Shown: positions 26,089 to 35,555, counted from the stretch's first letter. The stretch is 64,000 nucleotides of DNA from Planctomycetota bacterium (GCA_020831805.1 JAFIFX010000011.1:4648-68647), one strand, 5' to 3'. A program made the numbers and translations. Notes: generated by a model from the letters alone, not told the origin.

Positions 26089-26119
26089 GCGACCGCGCGG
26101 ACTGAAGTCCGCGGCTCAG
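26089..26119. repeat. REP-like hairpin element abutting the rpsA stop codon
   Basis: gcgaccgcgcggactgaagtccgcggctcag. A related copy at 58340-58377 abuts the recQ stop. Confidence 0.7.
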
Positions 26120-27508
26120 TCAGAGTTTGAGGTCGCCGAGGCCGAGGCCGAGGCCGCCGGCTTCGCCGAGGCCGCCGGAGCCCTTGGACTTCTTGCCTTC
26201 CTGTTTCTCGCGGAGTTTGGCCTGCTCGCGCATGCGGCGGAGTTGGGGGGTCTCTTTGAGGATCTCGGCGGGGTCGCGGTCGTCGCGGTCGCCCCGGCCC
26301 TTGCCGCGGCCTCGTCCCCCGCCGCCGCCGGGGCCGGCCTGGTCGGCGGGGCGTTCCTTGGTCTGCTTGATGGAGAGGGAGATCTTGCGGGAGTCGGGGT
26401 CGATCTTGAGGACCCGGACCTGGACGACCTCGCCCTTCTGGACGGCGTCCTCGACCTTGTTGATGCGTTTGAAGTCGATCTCGGAGATGTGGACGAGGCC
26501 CTCGACGCCGGGTGCGACCTCGACGAAGCAGCCGAACTCGGTGATGTTGGTGACCTTGCCGGTGAGGGTGGCGCCCTCGACGATCTCTTCCTTGGCGGCG
26601 GCGAAGGGGTCGGACTGGAGCTGCTTCATGCCGAGGCTGATGCGGTTGGCTTCCCAGTCGATCTTGAGGATCTGGACGGTGACCTTCTGGCCCTCGGAGA
26701 CGAAGCGTGCGACGGACTTGGCACCGTGGTTGACGCGTTCGTGGGTGAGGTCGTTGAGGTGGACGAGGCCGTCGACGCCGCCGAGATCGACGAAGGCGCC
26801 GAAGTCCATGATCTTGCGGACGACGCCCTCGATGGTGTCGCCCTCCTTGAGGGCTTCCTTGAGGGTGGCGGCGGCCTTTTCGCGTTCTGCCTGGATGATC
26901 TCGCGTCGGGAGAGGACGATGTTGCCGGTGCCGCGGCGGTCGAGCTTCTGGACCTGGCAGGTGAGTTTCTCGCCGACGAAGACGGAGAGGTCGGGGATGC
27001 GGTTGATGTCGATCTGGGAGGCGGGCATGAAGGCGCGGTGGTTGGCGATCTCGAGTTCGAGGCCGCCCTTGTTGACGCCGGTGACGCGGGCCTCGACGAC
27101 CTGGCCGATCTCGAGCATCTCCCAGTCGGCCTTCTGGACCGCGCCGGGCAGGGCGCAGATGTAGAGCGACTCGGTGGGCTCGTAGCGTTGGACGACGACC
27201 TCGAGCTGTTCGCCGACCTTGGGTTTTTCCTGGCCGTCCTTCCACTGGGTGGATTCGACGACGCCGAGTTCCTTGGGGCCGAACTCGACGAAGACATCGG
27301 TGGCGCCGACGGAGACGACCAGGCCGGTGCGGTGTTCGCGTCCGCCCTTGACCTCGCGCGGGCCGCGGATGGTCTTCTTCGCGGAGGGATCGGCCGCGCC
27401 GTGGTCGGCGAGATCGTCCATGGCGGCGTCGATCTCGGCGAGTGTTTCGGCGTCGAGGGCCGGGGGCTTGGCGGTGGTCGGTTCGATGGGTTTGTTGGGT
27501 TCGGTCAT
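26120..27508 (-). CDS. rpsA: 30S ribosomal protein S1
   Basis: Repeated S1/OB motifs (e.g. GTVVEARVTGVNKGGLELEI, GDTIEGVVRKIMDFGAFVDLGGVDGLVHLNDL, GATLTGKVTNITEFGCFVEVAPGVEGLVHISE). Basic Gly/Arg-rich C-terminal tail. Confidence 0.9.
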   Translation of the reverse strand: MTEPNKPIEPTTAKPPALDAETLAEIDAAMDDLADHGAADPSAKKTIRGPREVKGGREHRTGLVVSVGATDVFVEFGPKELGVVESTQWKDGQEKPKVGEQLEVVVQRYEPTESLYICALPGAVQKADWEMLEIGQVVEARVTGVNKGGLELEIANHRAFMPASQIDINRIPDLSVFVGEKLTCQVQKLDRRGTGNIVLSRREIIQAEREKAAATLKEALKEGDTIEGVVRKIMDFGAFVDLGGVDGLVHLNDLTHERVNHGAKSVARFVSEGQKVTVQILKIDWEANRISLGMKQLQSDPFAAAKEEIVEGATLTGKVTNITEFGCFVEVAPGVEGLVHISEIDFKRINKVEDAVQKGEVVQVRVLKIDPDSRKISLSIKQTKERPADQAGPGGGGGRGRGKGRGDRDDRDPAEILKETPQLRRMREQAKLREKQEGKKSKGSGGLGEAGGLGLGLGDLKL

Positions 27509-27652
27509 GGCGGGTGTCGCGGGGGGATGGGTGGTCGGGCGACGATGCCCGACCGGAGTCTACCTCGGAAAGCGGGACTGGCCGAGTGAATCCGGGGTGA
27601 AATGGTCGTGTGGCGGCATAAGCGTGGGCGGTCGGGGGCCGTGGCGGGGGTG

Positions 27653-28729
27653 TTATCCCAGTGCTGCGGAGGCGGTGGCGCCGAGGGAGTGCTTGATGGC
27701 GTCGACGATGCGCTCGGCGGTGCGGACATTGACGAAGCCGGCGGTGGCGTCGATGGCGGGGCGTTCGCCGGTGCGGACGGCGTCGAGGAAGGCCTCGATC
27801 TCCTTGACGATCGGCTCGCCCTGGTCGATCTCGAGCGGCTCGATGTTGACCAGCTCGGTCCAGTCCAGGTCGGTCAGATCGGCGCCCTGGCGGAGCTGCT
27901 CGCGGACCTCGCGCATCTGGAGTTCGTTGGCGGTACGCCGGATCATGGTGCCGGTTTTGGCGGCGTAGTCGATCTTGATGTAGCCGGATTCGCCGGTGAT
28001 GCGGGTGACGCGTTCGGTCTTGAGGGCGAGGCGCGAGGCGGTGATGTTGGCGACGCACTGGCCGCCGCCCCTGGATTCGGGGAGGTTCCAGAGGAGGCGG
28101 GCGTTGCAGAGGTCTTCGAACTCGGAGACGACGGCGACGCCGGAGGCCTGGATTTCGTCGGGCTCGCGCGAGTCCATGAGCATGAGGACGACATCGAGGT
28201 CGTGGATCATCATGTCCATGACGACACCGATGTCGATGGAGCGGAAGGTCATGGGGGAGACGCGGTGGACCTCGATGAACCGGGGGGTAATGGGCTCGCC
28301 GGTGTGCTCGGTGGCCTTGCGCATGGCGCGCATGATGGGGTTGAAGCGTTCGATGTGGCCGACCATGAGGCAGGCGCCGGTGCGGTCGGCGATGGTCTTG
28401 AGCTGGTCGGCCTCGTCGGCGGAGGGCGCGAGGGGTTTCTCAATCAGGCAGGCGACGCCGGCCTCGAGGAAGGGCCGGGCGGAGTTGAGGTGGTAGGTGG
28501 TGGGGACGGCGATGGAGACGGCGTCGACGCCGGCGTCGAGCAGTTCCTGCTCGCTGGCGAAGGCGCGGGTGCCGTGCTGCTCGGCGACGCGGGCGGCGGT
28601 CTCCGGGTTGGCGTCGACGATGCCGACGAGTTCGACGCCCTCCATCTGGGCGTAGACGCGCGCGTGGTGGCGGCCCATGCGTCCGACGCCGACGGCGCCG
28701 CAGCGGAGGGGGCGGTTGGGGGTGGTCAT
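27653..28729 (-). CDS. Gfo/Idh/MocA family oxidoreductase
   Basis: N-terminal Rossmann LRCGAVGVGRMGRHHARVY, an EKPLA motif (CLIEKPLAPS) and a GHIERFNP-type motif. AGGAGGG lies upstream. Confidence 0.85.
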   Translation of the reverse strand: MTTPNRPLRCGAVGVGRMGRHHARVYAQMEGVELVGIVDANPETAARVAEQHGTRAFASEQELLDAGVDAVSIAVPTTYHLNSARPFLEAGVACLIEKPLAPSADEADQLKTIADRTGACLMVGHIERFNPIMRAMRKATEHTGEPITPRFIEVHRVSPMTFRSIDIGVVMDMMIHDLDVVLMLMDSREPDEIQASGVAVVSEFEDLCNARLLWNLPESRGGGQCVANITASRLALKTERVTRITGESGYIKIDYAAKTGTMIRRTANELQMREVREQLRQGADLTDLDWTELVNIEPLEIDQGEPIVKEIEAFLDAVRTGERPAIDATAGFVNVRTAERIVDAIKHSLGATASAALG

Positions 28730-28754
28730 GCTGTGGGTCCCTCCTGGGTCGGAC

Positions 28755-28776
28755 GCACAGGCGGGAACGCCTGTGC
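28755..28776. repeat. REP-like hairpin (gcacaggcg-ggaa-cgcctgtgc), same family as 13757-13776
   Basis: Its reverse complement GTGGCACAGGCGTTCCCGCCTGTGC matches GGTGGCACAGGCGTCCCGCCTGT at 13754-13776. Confidence 0.7.
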
Positions 28777-28790
28777 CACTGGGCCGCGGG

Positions 28791-29120
28791 TCAGGCCAGC
28801 GCGTCGATGGCGGCGGCGAGGTCTTCCTTGTTGGTCAGGCCGACGAACTTGCGGGCGACCTGGCCGTCCTTAAAAATGATGACGGTCGGGATGGCGGAGA
28901 TGCCGTAGCGTGACGCGGCTTCCTTGTGGGCGTCGATATCCATCTTTCCGACGACGGCCTTGCCGGCGTACTTCTCGGCGAGCTCGTCGATGGTGGGGCC
29001 GAGGACCTTGCACGGCATGCACCACTCGGCCCAGAAGTCCACGACGACGGGGGCGTCGGCTTTGAGGACCTCCTGGTCGAAGTTGTCGTCGGTGAAGGCC
29101 TTGACATGGGGGTTGGCCAT
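28791..29120 (-). CDS. trxA: Thioredoxin (active site WCMPC)
   Basis: 109 aa: VVDFWAEWCMPCKVLGP...GISAIPTVIIFKDGQ. Confidence 0.9.
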   Translation of the reverse strand: MANPHVKAFTDDNFDQEVLKADAPVVVDFWAEWCMPCKVLGPTIDELAEKYAGKAVVGKMDIDAHKEAASRYGISAIPTVIIFKDGQVARKFVGLTNKEDLAAAIDALA

Positions 29121-29208
29121 GGCGTGAGCGTCCTTTCTGATCGGCCCGCGGACGGTGGGCGGTCGGTGGGAATGGTAGGGGGGAGCGGGGGTGGAGGCCC
29201 GGCCCTGG

Positions 29209-30048
29209 TCAGTCCGGGATGGACGCGGGTCGGTCGGTGGTGGGGAGGCAGCGCCAGGCGGCGTCGAGCGCCTGGCGGTGCTCGGCGGTGTCGTGGACGC
29301 GGAAGAGCCGGGCCCCGGCGTGGAGGTGGAGCACGGAGAGGGCGAGGGTGGCGGGCAGGCGCTGCGATGGGTCGGAATCCTGGCCCAGGCCGGCGCGTCC
29401 GACGAAGCTTTTGCGGCTCAGGGCGCTGAGGATCGGGTGGCCGAGGCGGCACAGATCCGGGGTGGCGCGGATCAGCTCCAGGTTCTGATCGACCGACTTG
29501 CCGAAGCCCAGGCCGGGGTCGAGCACGATCCGGTCGGCGGGCACGCCCGCGGCCAGGGCGGCGGCGGCGCGGGCCTCTAAGAAGGATCGGACGGCGGGGA
29601 CCACGCCGTCGGGGTAATCGGGCGGGGCGTCGTAGCGGTCGGAATAGCGGTCGGCAGCGGGCGGGGCCAGCCGGTGCATAAGGATGATGGCGCAGCGGCG
29701 TTCGGCGGCCAGGGCGAGGATGGCGTGGTCCTCGGCGCCGGCGGCGACATCGTTGATCGCGTCGGCGCCGGCGTCGAGGGCGGCGCGGGCGACCGGGGCC
29801 AGCGTGGTGTCGGCGGTGATGGGCAGGTCGATCCCGGCGGCGCGGACGGCCTCGATCGCGGGGACGAGGCGGCGGATCTGCTCGTCAGCCAAGACGCGGG
29901 CCGCGCCGGGCCGGGTGGATTCGGCGCCCATGTCCAGGGCGTCGGCGCCCGCGTCGGCGGCGCGGCGGGCGGCTTCGGCGGCGTGGGCGGGGGTGGGCAG
30001 GCGTCCACCGTCGGCGAAGGAGTCTGGGGTCAGGTTGAGGATGGTCAA
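29209..30048 (-). CDS. folP: Dihydropteroate synthase
   Basis: TILNLTPDSFADGG, DMGAESTRPGA, INDV and GFGK motifs. TTG start. Confidence 0.9.
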   Translation of the reverse strand: MTILNLTPDSFADGGRLPTPAHAAEAARRAADAGADALDMGAESTRPGAARVLADEQIRRLVPAIEAVRAAGIDLPITADTTLAPVARAALDAGADAINDVAAGAEDHAILALAAERRCAIILMHRLAPPAADRYSDRYDAPPDYPDGVVPAVRSFLEARAAAALAAGVPADRIVLDPGLGFGKSVDQNLELIRATPDLCRLGHPILSALSRKSFVGRAGLGQDSDPSQRLPATLALSVLHLHAGARLFRVHDTAEHRQALDAAWRCLPTTDRPASIPD

Positions 30049-30052
30049 AAGG

Positions 30053-30226
30053 CGCGGGGGGGGCCGGGGGGGCCCCCCCCCGGCGGGGGGTAGGCAGAGG
30101 GGGGGGCCCGGGTTGGTGGGGGGGGGGGGGGGGGGGGGTTGTGGGGGGTGTGGGGGGGGGTGGGGGGGGGTGGGCGGGGGGGGGGGGGGCCCCCGGGGGG
30201 GGGGGGGGCGCCCCCCCCCCCCCCCG
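30053..30226. repeat. Extreme G/C-homopolymer low-complexity tract
   Basis: Runs of 6-21 G separated by single T/C. One G run of about 21 nt lies near 30118-30138 and a C run of about 15 nt near 30211-30225. The tract is intergenic, between folP and the upstream gene. Confidence 0.9.
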
Positions 30227-30288
30227 CGTCGCTGATTCGCCAGATGGGGTCGCCCGTGTTCGTCACGGGTCGAGTGTAGAGGCCGGGA

Positions 30289-32049
30289 TCAGAAGTCGAA
30301 GCCCTGGTTGCCACCGGGCTGGCCCATGCCGGGGGGGGCGTCGGGCATCATGTCGGTGATGGCCTTGAGGGTGGCGTTGGGCATGTAGATGCGCCCGCTG
30401 AAGCCGCCGGCGTCGGTCGAGAGGGACAGGCCGATGGGGTCCAGGGCGCCGGCGGGCTGGAACTCGGGGAGCAGGCCGAACATCATGAGGGTGGGGCCGA
30501 CGGTGTTGAGGATCTCGTCGACGCTGATGTAGAGCTCGGCGATGCGGTTGTCCTGCAGGCGCGAGGCGGCTCGCTTGACGCGCTCGTTCTGGCCGAGGCC
30601 CTGGGCGTTCTTGGCGGCGGCCAGGGCGCGGCGGGTCATGTCGGGGGCCTGGGACATGGTCTGGACGACGCCGCCCTCGACCAGGCCGATGTAGCCGCTG
30701 GGCCCGCCGGCGGGGCCGAAGACCATCTGCATGATCATGGTGGGGTCCATGCCGGGCATGGCGCCCATGCCGCCCATGGCCTGGGGGTCCATCTTCATGG
30801 TCATGGTGTAGGAGGTCAGGCTGGTGCCGTCGATGGTGACGGCGTCGGCGTTGACATTGGTGGCAACGGTGATGCCTTCCTGCGCCTGGCCGTCGGCCTC
30901 TTCGAGGGCCTTGAGCATGGCGTTGCGGTAGGCCTCCGGGTCGGCGGCGCGGAGGTACTGGGTGGTGTTGGTGAAGATGCCGCCGCCCATGAGGCCGGGA
31001 GGGGTGCCCATGACGAAGGCCGCGCCGTTGGTGAGCTTGTTCAGGTCCGCCAGGGACATCTGGGCGAAGCCGGAGCGTTCGCGCATTTCCTCGGGGAGCG
31101 TGGCGGTCCACTGCTCGATGGCCTCGGCGACCTTGGCGATGGTGGGCGAGCTCGTGTCGAGGGCGGCGGCGACGATGAAGCGCTGGGTGGGGAGGCGGTC
31201 GAGCAGCCCGCCTGTGGAGCCGGTGCGGGTGAAGAAGGTGCCCGACTCGGAGTTGCGGGTGAACTGGACGGCCATGTCGTAGGTCATGCCGTCTTCGGTG
31301 ATGGTCAGGCCGAGGACGCCGGCGCTGAGGTCACGGACGACGGAGTTGGCGACGGTCAGGAAGGTGTTGAAGCCCATGGCGGCTTCCTCGCCGGCCATCA
31401 TGACGACCATCTGGCCGGCTTCCTTGGCGCCCTCAAGGCCCTGGAGGAGCATCGGGCGGAGGGACTCGGCGTTGGCGATGATGGAGACTTCCGAGCCGGA
31501 GACCACGCGTCCGCCGGCGGGGCCGATGCGGGCGGTGTGCTGCGCGAGGCGGCCGGCGGCGGCGTCGAACGCGCGGACGGCGTCGGCGTTGTCGGAGATG
31601 GCGGCGTGGCCGTTGCCGAGGTCGCGGGCGTAGACCTGCGCGTCGGGCAGGGGGAGGAGGACGAGGCCGTCCTGGGGCTCGCGGCCCTGGGCCAGGGCGT
31701 TGAAGTCGGAGACGGGCAGCAGGGCGACGATGGTCGGCTCGGTGTCCTCGTGCATCTCGCGGGGGAGGGTGATGACGAAGGCGGCGTCGCCGTCGAGGTT
31801 GATGCCGGGCATGCCGCGGACCATCGAGGTCGCGAAAACGATCTGGGGGTTGGGGTCGTCGCCCAGGAGGCGGTTGATCTGGTCGAGGTCGGCCAGGAAG
31901 TCGTTGACCTGCTTGACGGCGATGACCACATCGGCGTTGGCGGGGACGCGGTCGAGGATCTGCGGCGGCGCGGCGAGGGCGGTCGCGGGCAGGCCGGCGA
32001 GCAGGAAGGCGGACAGGGCGAGGCGGCGGTCGAGGATCTTGGTCCGCAT
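30289..32049 (-). CDS. Secreted hypothetical protein
   Basis: Start chosen at MRTKILDRRLALSAFLLAGLPATALAAPP (signal peptide), with AAGGAG 6 nt upstream. The extended ORF to 32454 runs antisense through the ftsK tail. No motif recognised. Confidence 0.55.
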   Translation of the reverse strand: MRTKILDRRLALSAFLLAGLPATALAAPPQILDRVPANADVVIAVKQVNDFLADLDQINRLLGDDPNPQIVFATSMVRGMPGINLDGDAAFVITLPREMHEDTEPTIVALLPVSDFNALAQGREPQDGLVLLPLPDAQVYARDLGNGHAAISDNADAVRAFDAAAGRLAQHTARIGPAGGRVVSGSEVSIIANAESLRPMLLQGLEGAKEAGQMVVMMAGEEAAMGFNTFLTVANSVVRDLSAGVLGLTITEDGMTYDMAVQFTRNSESGTFFTRTGSTGGLLDRLPTQRFIVAAALDTSSPTIAKVAEAIEQWTATLPEEMRERSGFAQMSLADLNKLTNGAAFVMGTPPGLMGGGIFTNTTQYLRAADPEAYRNAMLKALEEADGQAQEGITVATNVNADAVTIDGTSLTSYTMTMKMDPQAMGGMGAMPGMDPTMIMQMVFGPAGGPSGYIGLVEGGVVQTMSQAPDMTRRALAAAKNAQGLGQNERVKRAASRLQDNRIAELYISVDEILNTVGPTLMMFGLLPEFQPAGALDPIGLSLSTDAGGFSGRIYMPNATLKAITDMMPDAPPGMGQPGGNQGFDF

Positions 32050-32171
32050 GGCGGCTCCTTGGTTCGTTGGCGGTCGGTCCGGCACTCCTCCGCGCCGGGC
32101 GTTTATCCTATTCATCCGGCGTGGGGGCGGTCGGGTTTCACGGCCCGTGGGGTTTCCGGGGTGGCGGGCAC

Positions 32172-32197
32172 AAAAAAGCGGGCCGTTGCCGGCCCGC
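32172..32197 (-). terminator. Rho-independent terminator downstream of ftsK
   Basis: On the minus strand: GCGGGCCG-GCAA-CGGCCCGC followed by TTTTTTGTG. Confidence 0.75.
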
Positions 32198-32230
32198 TGG
32201 GTGGTGTTTGGGGGAATACCGAGGCGTTCG

Positions 32231-35200
32231 TCAGGCGGCGGAGCCGTTGGGCTTGCGGCCGCGGGGCGGGGCGGGCTCGGGGGCGGCGTCCTCTTCTTCC
32301 TCTTCTTCCTCGGCGTCGACCTCGTACTCGGCGAGTTCGTCGGGGTCGATGGGGTTGCCGTCCTCATCGACATACTCGTACTCGACCTCGTCTTCCTCTT
32401 CCTCTTCCTCTTCCTCGTCTTCGTCTTCGGCAACGAGGTCCTCGTCTTCTTCATCTTCTTCTGAATCGGCGAGGGGCTCCTCGTCCGTGTCGTCTTCCTC
32501 TTCCACTTCGTCCTCGTCCTCGTCCTCGTCCTCGTCTTCCTCGTCGAGTTCGTCCTCGGCCAGGAGGATGTCGTCCTCCTCTTCGTCGGCGTCGTCCTCG
32601 TCCTGGGCTTCGAGGCGTTTGGCGTTGACCTCGACGGCGGCCTCGTCGTCGGTGTCGAAGGGGGCCTGCTCGTCCTCGCCGGTCTGCTCGGCGTCGGCGT
32701 CGAACATGAGGTTCTGGTGGGGGTCCTGAGCGTCGCGGGGCGTGCCGGAGCCGAGGGTGATGCCGCGGCGCTGGGCCTCCTCGGCGACCATGCGCTGGAT
32801 CTCCTGCCACTCCTCGACGGACATCATGACCTCGCGGGCGACGGAGCCCTTGTGCTCGCCGATGATGCCGGCGATGCCCATCAGGTCGATCAGGCGGCTG
32901 GCCCGGGTGTAGCCGATGGCCAGTCGGCGCTGGAGCAGGGAGACGGAGCCGCGCCCGGTTTCCAGGACGATCTCGACCGCGCGGTCGAACATGGGGTCTT
33001 CCTGGGCGGCGGCGAGGGAGGCGGAGGAGTTGTTCTCGCTGGCGAGGATGCGTTCCTCGTCGGAGCCGCCGGGGCCGCGCATCTGCATGAGGGAGCGCTC
33101 GAAGGAGGGGGCGGCGATCTCCTTGAGGAACTTGACGACCTTACGGATCTCCTTGTCGTCGACGAGGGTGCCCTGGCAGCGGTTGAGCTTGTGGCTGGAG
33201 GGGGAGAGGTAGAGCATGTCGCCCTGGCCGAGGAGGAGTTCGCCGCCCTTCTGGTCGAGGACGATGCGGCTGTCCATGCCGCTGGCGACCTTGAAGGCGA
33301 TGCGGCAGGGCATGTTGGACTTGATCAGGCCGGTGACGACATTGGCCTGGGGGCGCTGGGTGGCGAGGATGAGGTGGATGCCGACGGCGCGGGCCTTCTG
33401 GGCGATGCGGATGATCGAGCCCTCGACCTCCTTGTTGGTCATCATCAGGTCGGCGAGCTCGTCGATAATGAAGACCATGTAAGGGAGTTTGCGGGGGATG
33501 CGGGCGGCCTCCTCGTCGGTGGCGCAGTTGAAGGCTTCCTTGATGTCCTCCCAGTCCATCTCGTTGTAGCCGGCGATGTCTCGGCAGCCGGCTTCGGCGA
33601 GCAGTTCGTAGCGCTCGTCCATCTTGGTGACGGCCCACTCGAGGATGGCCGCGGCCTTGGACATCTCGGTGACCACCGGGCACATCAGGTGGGGGATGTC
33701 CTTGAACTGGGACATCTCGACCATCTTGGGGTCGACGAGGACGAGCTTGAGTTCGTTGGGCTTCTTGGTGTAGAGGAAGCTCATGATGATGGTGTTCATG
33801 CACACCGACTTGCCCGAGCCGGTGGTGCCGGCGATGAGCATGTGGGGCATCTTGGTCAGGTCGGCGATGAGCGGCTCGCCGCCGGCGTCCTTGCCGAGGA
33901 ACATGGGCAGCTTCATCTTGGCGAAGCGGTCCCGGTTGGACATGAGTTCCTTGAGCCGGACGCGTTCCTTGGTGGGGTTGGGCACCTCGACGCCGACGGT
34001 GTCGCGGCCCTCCATGTTGGAGACGATGCGGATGTTGACGGCCTTGAGCGAGCGGGCCAGGTCGCTGGAGATCGCGGTCAGTTGGGCGACCTTGGTGCCC
34101 GGGGCGAGACGGATGTGGTAGAGGGTGATGGCGGGGCCGGACTCGATGTCGACGACCTCGCCGTCGATGCGGTACTGGCGCATGGCGGCTTCGAGGTTCT
34201 CGGCCTGCTCGCGGACGAGGGATTCGAGCTTGAGGTTGAAGCCTTCCTCGGGCTCCTCGAGGAGTTCGAGGGTGGGGAACTTGTAGCCGTCGAGGTTGTC
34301 CCAGTTCTGGATGTCGGCCAGGTCCTGATCCGTGGCGACGGCCTTGTTGGCCTGGGCGAAGCGGACGGGCAGGGCTTGGATCTTGGCGCGGAGCTTGTCG
34401 CGGTCGAAGACCTGGGGCGCTCCGGGGACGGCGTCTTCCTCCTCGTCCTCGTACCCGGCGTCCTCGTCGGCGTCCGAGTCGTCGTAGTCGGCGGCGGCCT
34501 CGTCGAGTTCGTCGATCTCGTCTTCTTCGAGCGGCTGGGGCACGGGGCGGACGACGCGCCGGGGCTTGGCGGCCTTGGCGGCGGGCTGCTTGACCTCGAT
34601 GATCTCGTCGTCGAGGTCGTTGGGGCGGAGGCGGACGACCTTGGCGCGCCGGAGCAGGGCGCCCAGCCCGGCGAGCAGGCCCCCGGACGCGGCGCGGGAG
34701 GACTCGCCGGCGCGGTCGGCGGCGGCGTTGGCCTTCAGGGCGGCCTGGCCCACGCTGCCGGCCGCGGCGACGGCGGCGCCCGCCGAGACGCGGGCCGCGG
34801 GGACCATCGCCCGCCAGATCGCCCGCGGCACGGCGAAGACCAGCCGGTCGCAGGTGACGATCAGGCCGACGAGGATCAGGAGGCTCAGCCAGACCAGGGT
34901 GCCGGCGACGGCGAAGCGGGGCAGCATCTCGGCGGCGGCGACCAGGCCGATCGTCCCCCCCGGCAGGCCGGGCAGCGGGCCGGAGCGGGGGAAGAGCACA
35001 CCGAGCATCGCGGCGGCGGCGGCGGTGAGCAGGGCGACGCCCAGGGTGCGGACGATCAGTTGGCGCACGGGCCGGCGCATCGCGCGCCGGACGACGGCGA
35101 CCGCCGCGAAGAGCATGGGGATGGCGATCGCCCAGCCGAGCGTGCGGAGCAGGTGGTAGGCCAGGTGGGCCCCGATCGGGCCGGTGATGTTGCGGGTCTC

Positions 35201-35401
35201 GGCGTTGGCGGGCCAGACGGCGTGGCTGGGGGCGTCGGCCCGGTCGAAGGTCAGCAGGCCGGCGGCGATGAAGAGCCAGACGGCGGCGAGGGTCAGCCAG
35301 CCCAGGCGGGAAACCAGGACCTGCCGGTCCGACGGGGGCGCGGCCTCGTCGCGGACGCGGTAGGGGCGGGCGCTGGAACGGGGTTTGACGGGCTTGGCCA
35401 T
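32231..35401 (-). CDS. ftsK: DNA translocase FtsK/SpoIIIE with a long acidic C-terminal extension
   Basis: N-terminal TM helices, Walker A IAGTTGSGKSV, Walker B FIIDELADLMM, gamma-domain wHTH SVSLLQRRLAIGYTRASRLIDLM. About 190 extra D/E-rich residues follow. Confidence 0.9.
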   Translation of the reverse strand: MAKPVKPRSSARPYRVRDEAAPPSDRQVLVSRLGWLTLAAVWLFIAAGLLTFDRADAPSHAVWPANAETRNITGPIGAHLAYHLLRTLGWAIAIPMLFAAVAVVRRAMRRPVRQLIVRTLGVALLTAAAAAMLGVLFPRSGPLPGLPGGTIGLVAAAEMLPRFAVAGTLVWLSLLILVGLIVTCDRLVFAVPRAIWRAMVPAARVSAGAAVAAAGSVGQAALKANAAADRAGESSRAASGGLLAGLGALLRRAKVVRLRPNDLDDEIIEVKQPAAKAAKPRRVVRPVPQPLEEDEIDELDEAAADYDDSDADEDAGYEDEEEDAVPGAPQVFDRDKLRAKIQALPVRFAQANKAVATDQDLADIQNWDNLDGYKFPTLELLEEPEEGFNLKLESLVREQAENLEAAMRQYRIDGEVVDIESGPAITLYHIRLAPGTKVAQLTAISSDLARSLKAVNIRIVSNMEGRDTVGVEVPNPTKERVRLKELMSNRDRFAKMKLPMFLGKDAGGEPLIADLTKMPHMLIAGTTGSGKSVCMNTIIMSFLYTKKPNELKLVLVDPKMVEMSQFKDIPHLMCPVVTEMSKAAAILEWAVTKMDERYELLAEAGCRDIAGYNEMDWEDIKEAFNCATDEEAARIPRKLPYMVFIIDELADLMMTNKEVEGSIIRIAQKARAVGIHLILATQRPQANVVTGLIKSNMPCRIAFKVASGMDSRIVLDQKGGELLLGQGDMLYLSPSSHKLNRCQGTLVDDKEIRKVVKFLKEIAAPSFERSLMQMRGPGGSDEERILASENNSSASLAAAQEDPMFDRAVEIVLETGRGSVSLLQRRLAIGYTRASRLIDLMGIAGIIGEHKGSVAREVMMSVEEWQEIQRMVAEEAQRRGITLGSGTPRDAQDPHQNLMFDADAEQTGEDEQAPFDTDDEAAVEVNAKRLEAQDEDDADEEEDDILLAEDELDEEDEDEDEDEDEVEEEDDTDEEPLADSEEDEEDEDLVAEDEDEEEEEEEEDEVEYEYVDEDGNPIDPDELAEYEVDAEEEEEEEDAAPEPAPPRGRKPNGSAA

Positions 35402-35555
35402 AGCGGGCGATATCGGCGGGCGACGGGAGTTTTGGTGATTTTACCGGGCAGCGGCGGGCGGCCTGCCCGGAGGGGATGGGGAATGCCGGAGTCGCCGGGT
35501 TCTGCGGGCTTGGGTGGGGGCTGGCCGATATCGTGGTTCGGCCACGGAGGGCATC

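Noticed and set aside
30045-30314. Poly-proline and poly-glycine ORFs across the G/C homopolymer tract.
   Set aside because: They arise only from translating homopolymers. They have no start context, and the tract itself may be an assembly artifact.
32100-32115. Single DnaA-box-like sequence (gtttatccta) as a hint of oriC.
   Set aside because: It is an isolated partial match. There is no box cluster, AT-rich unwinding element or dnaA/dnaN nearby.
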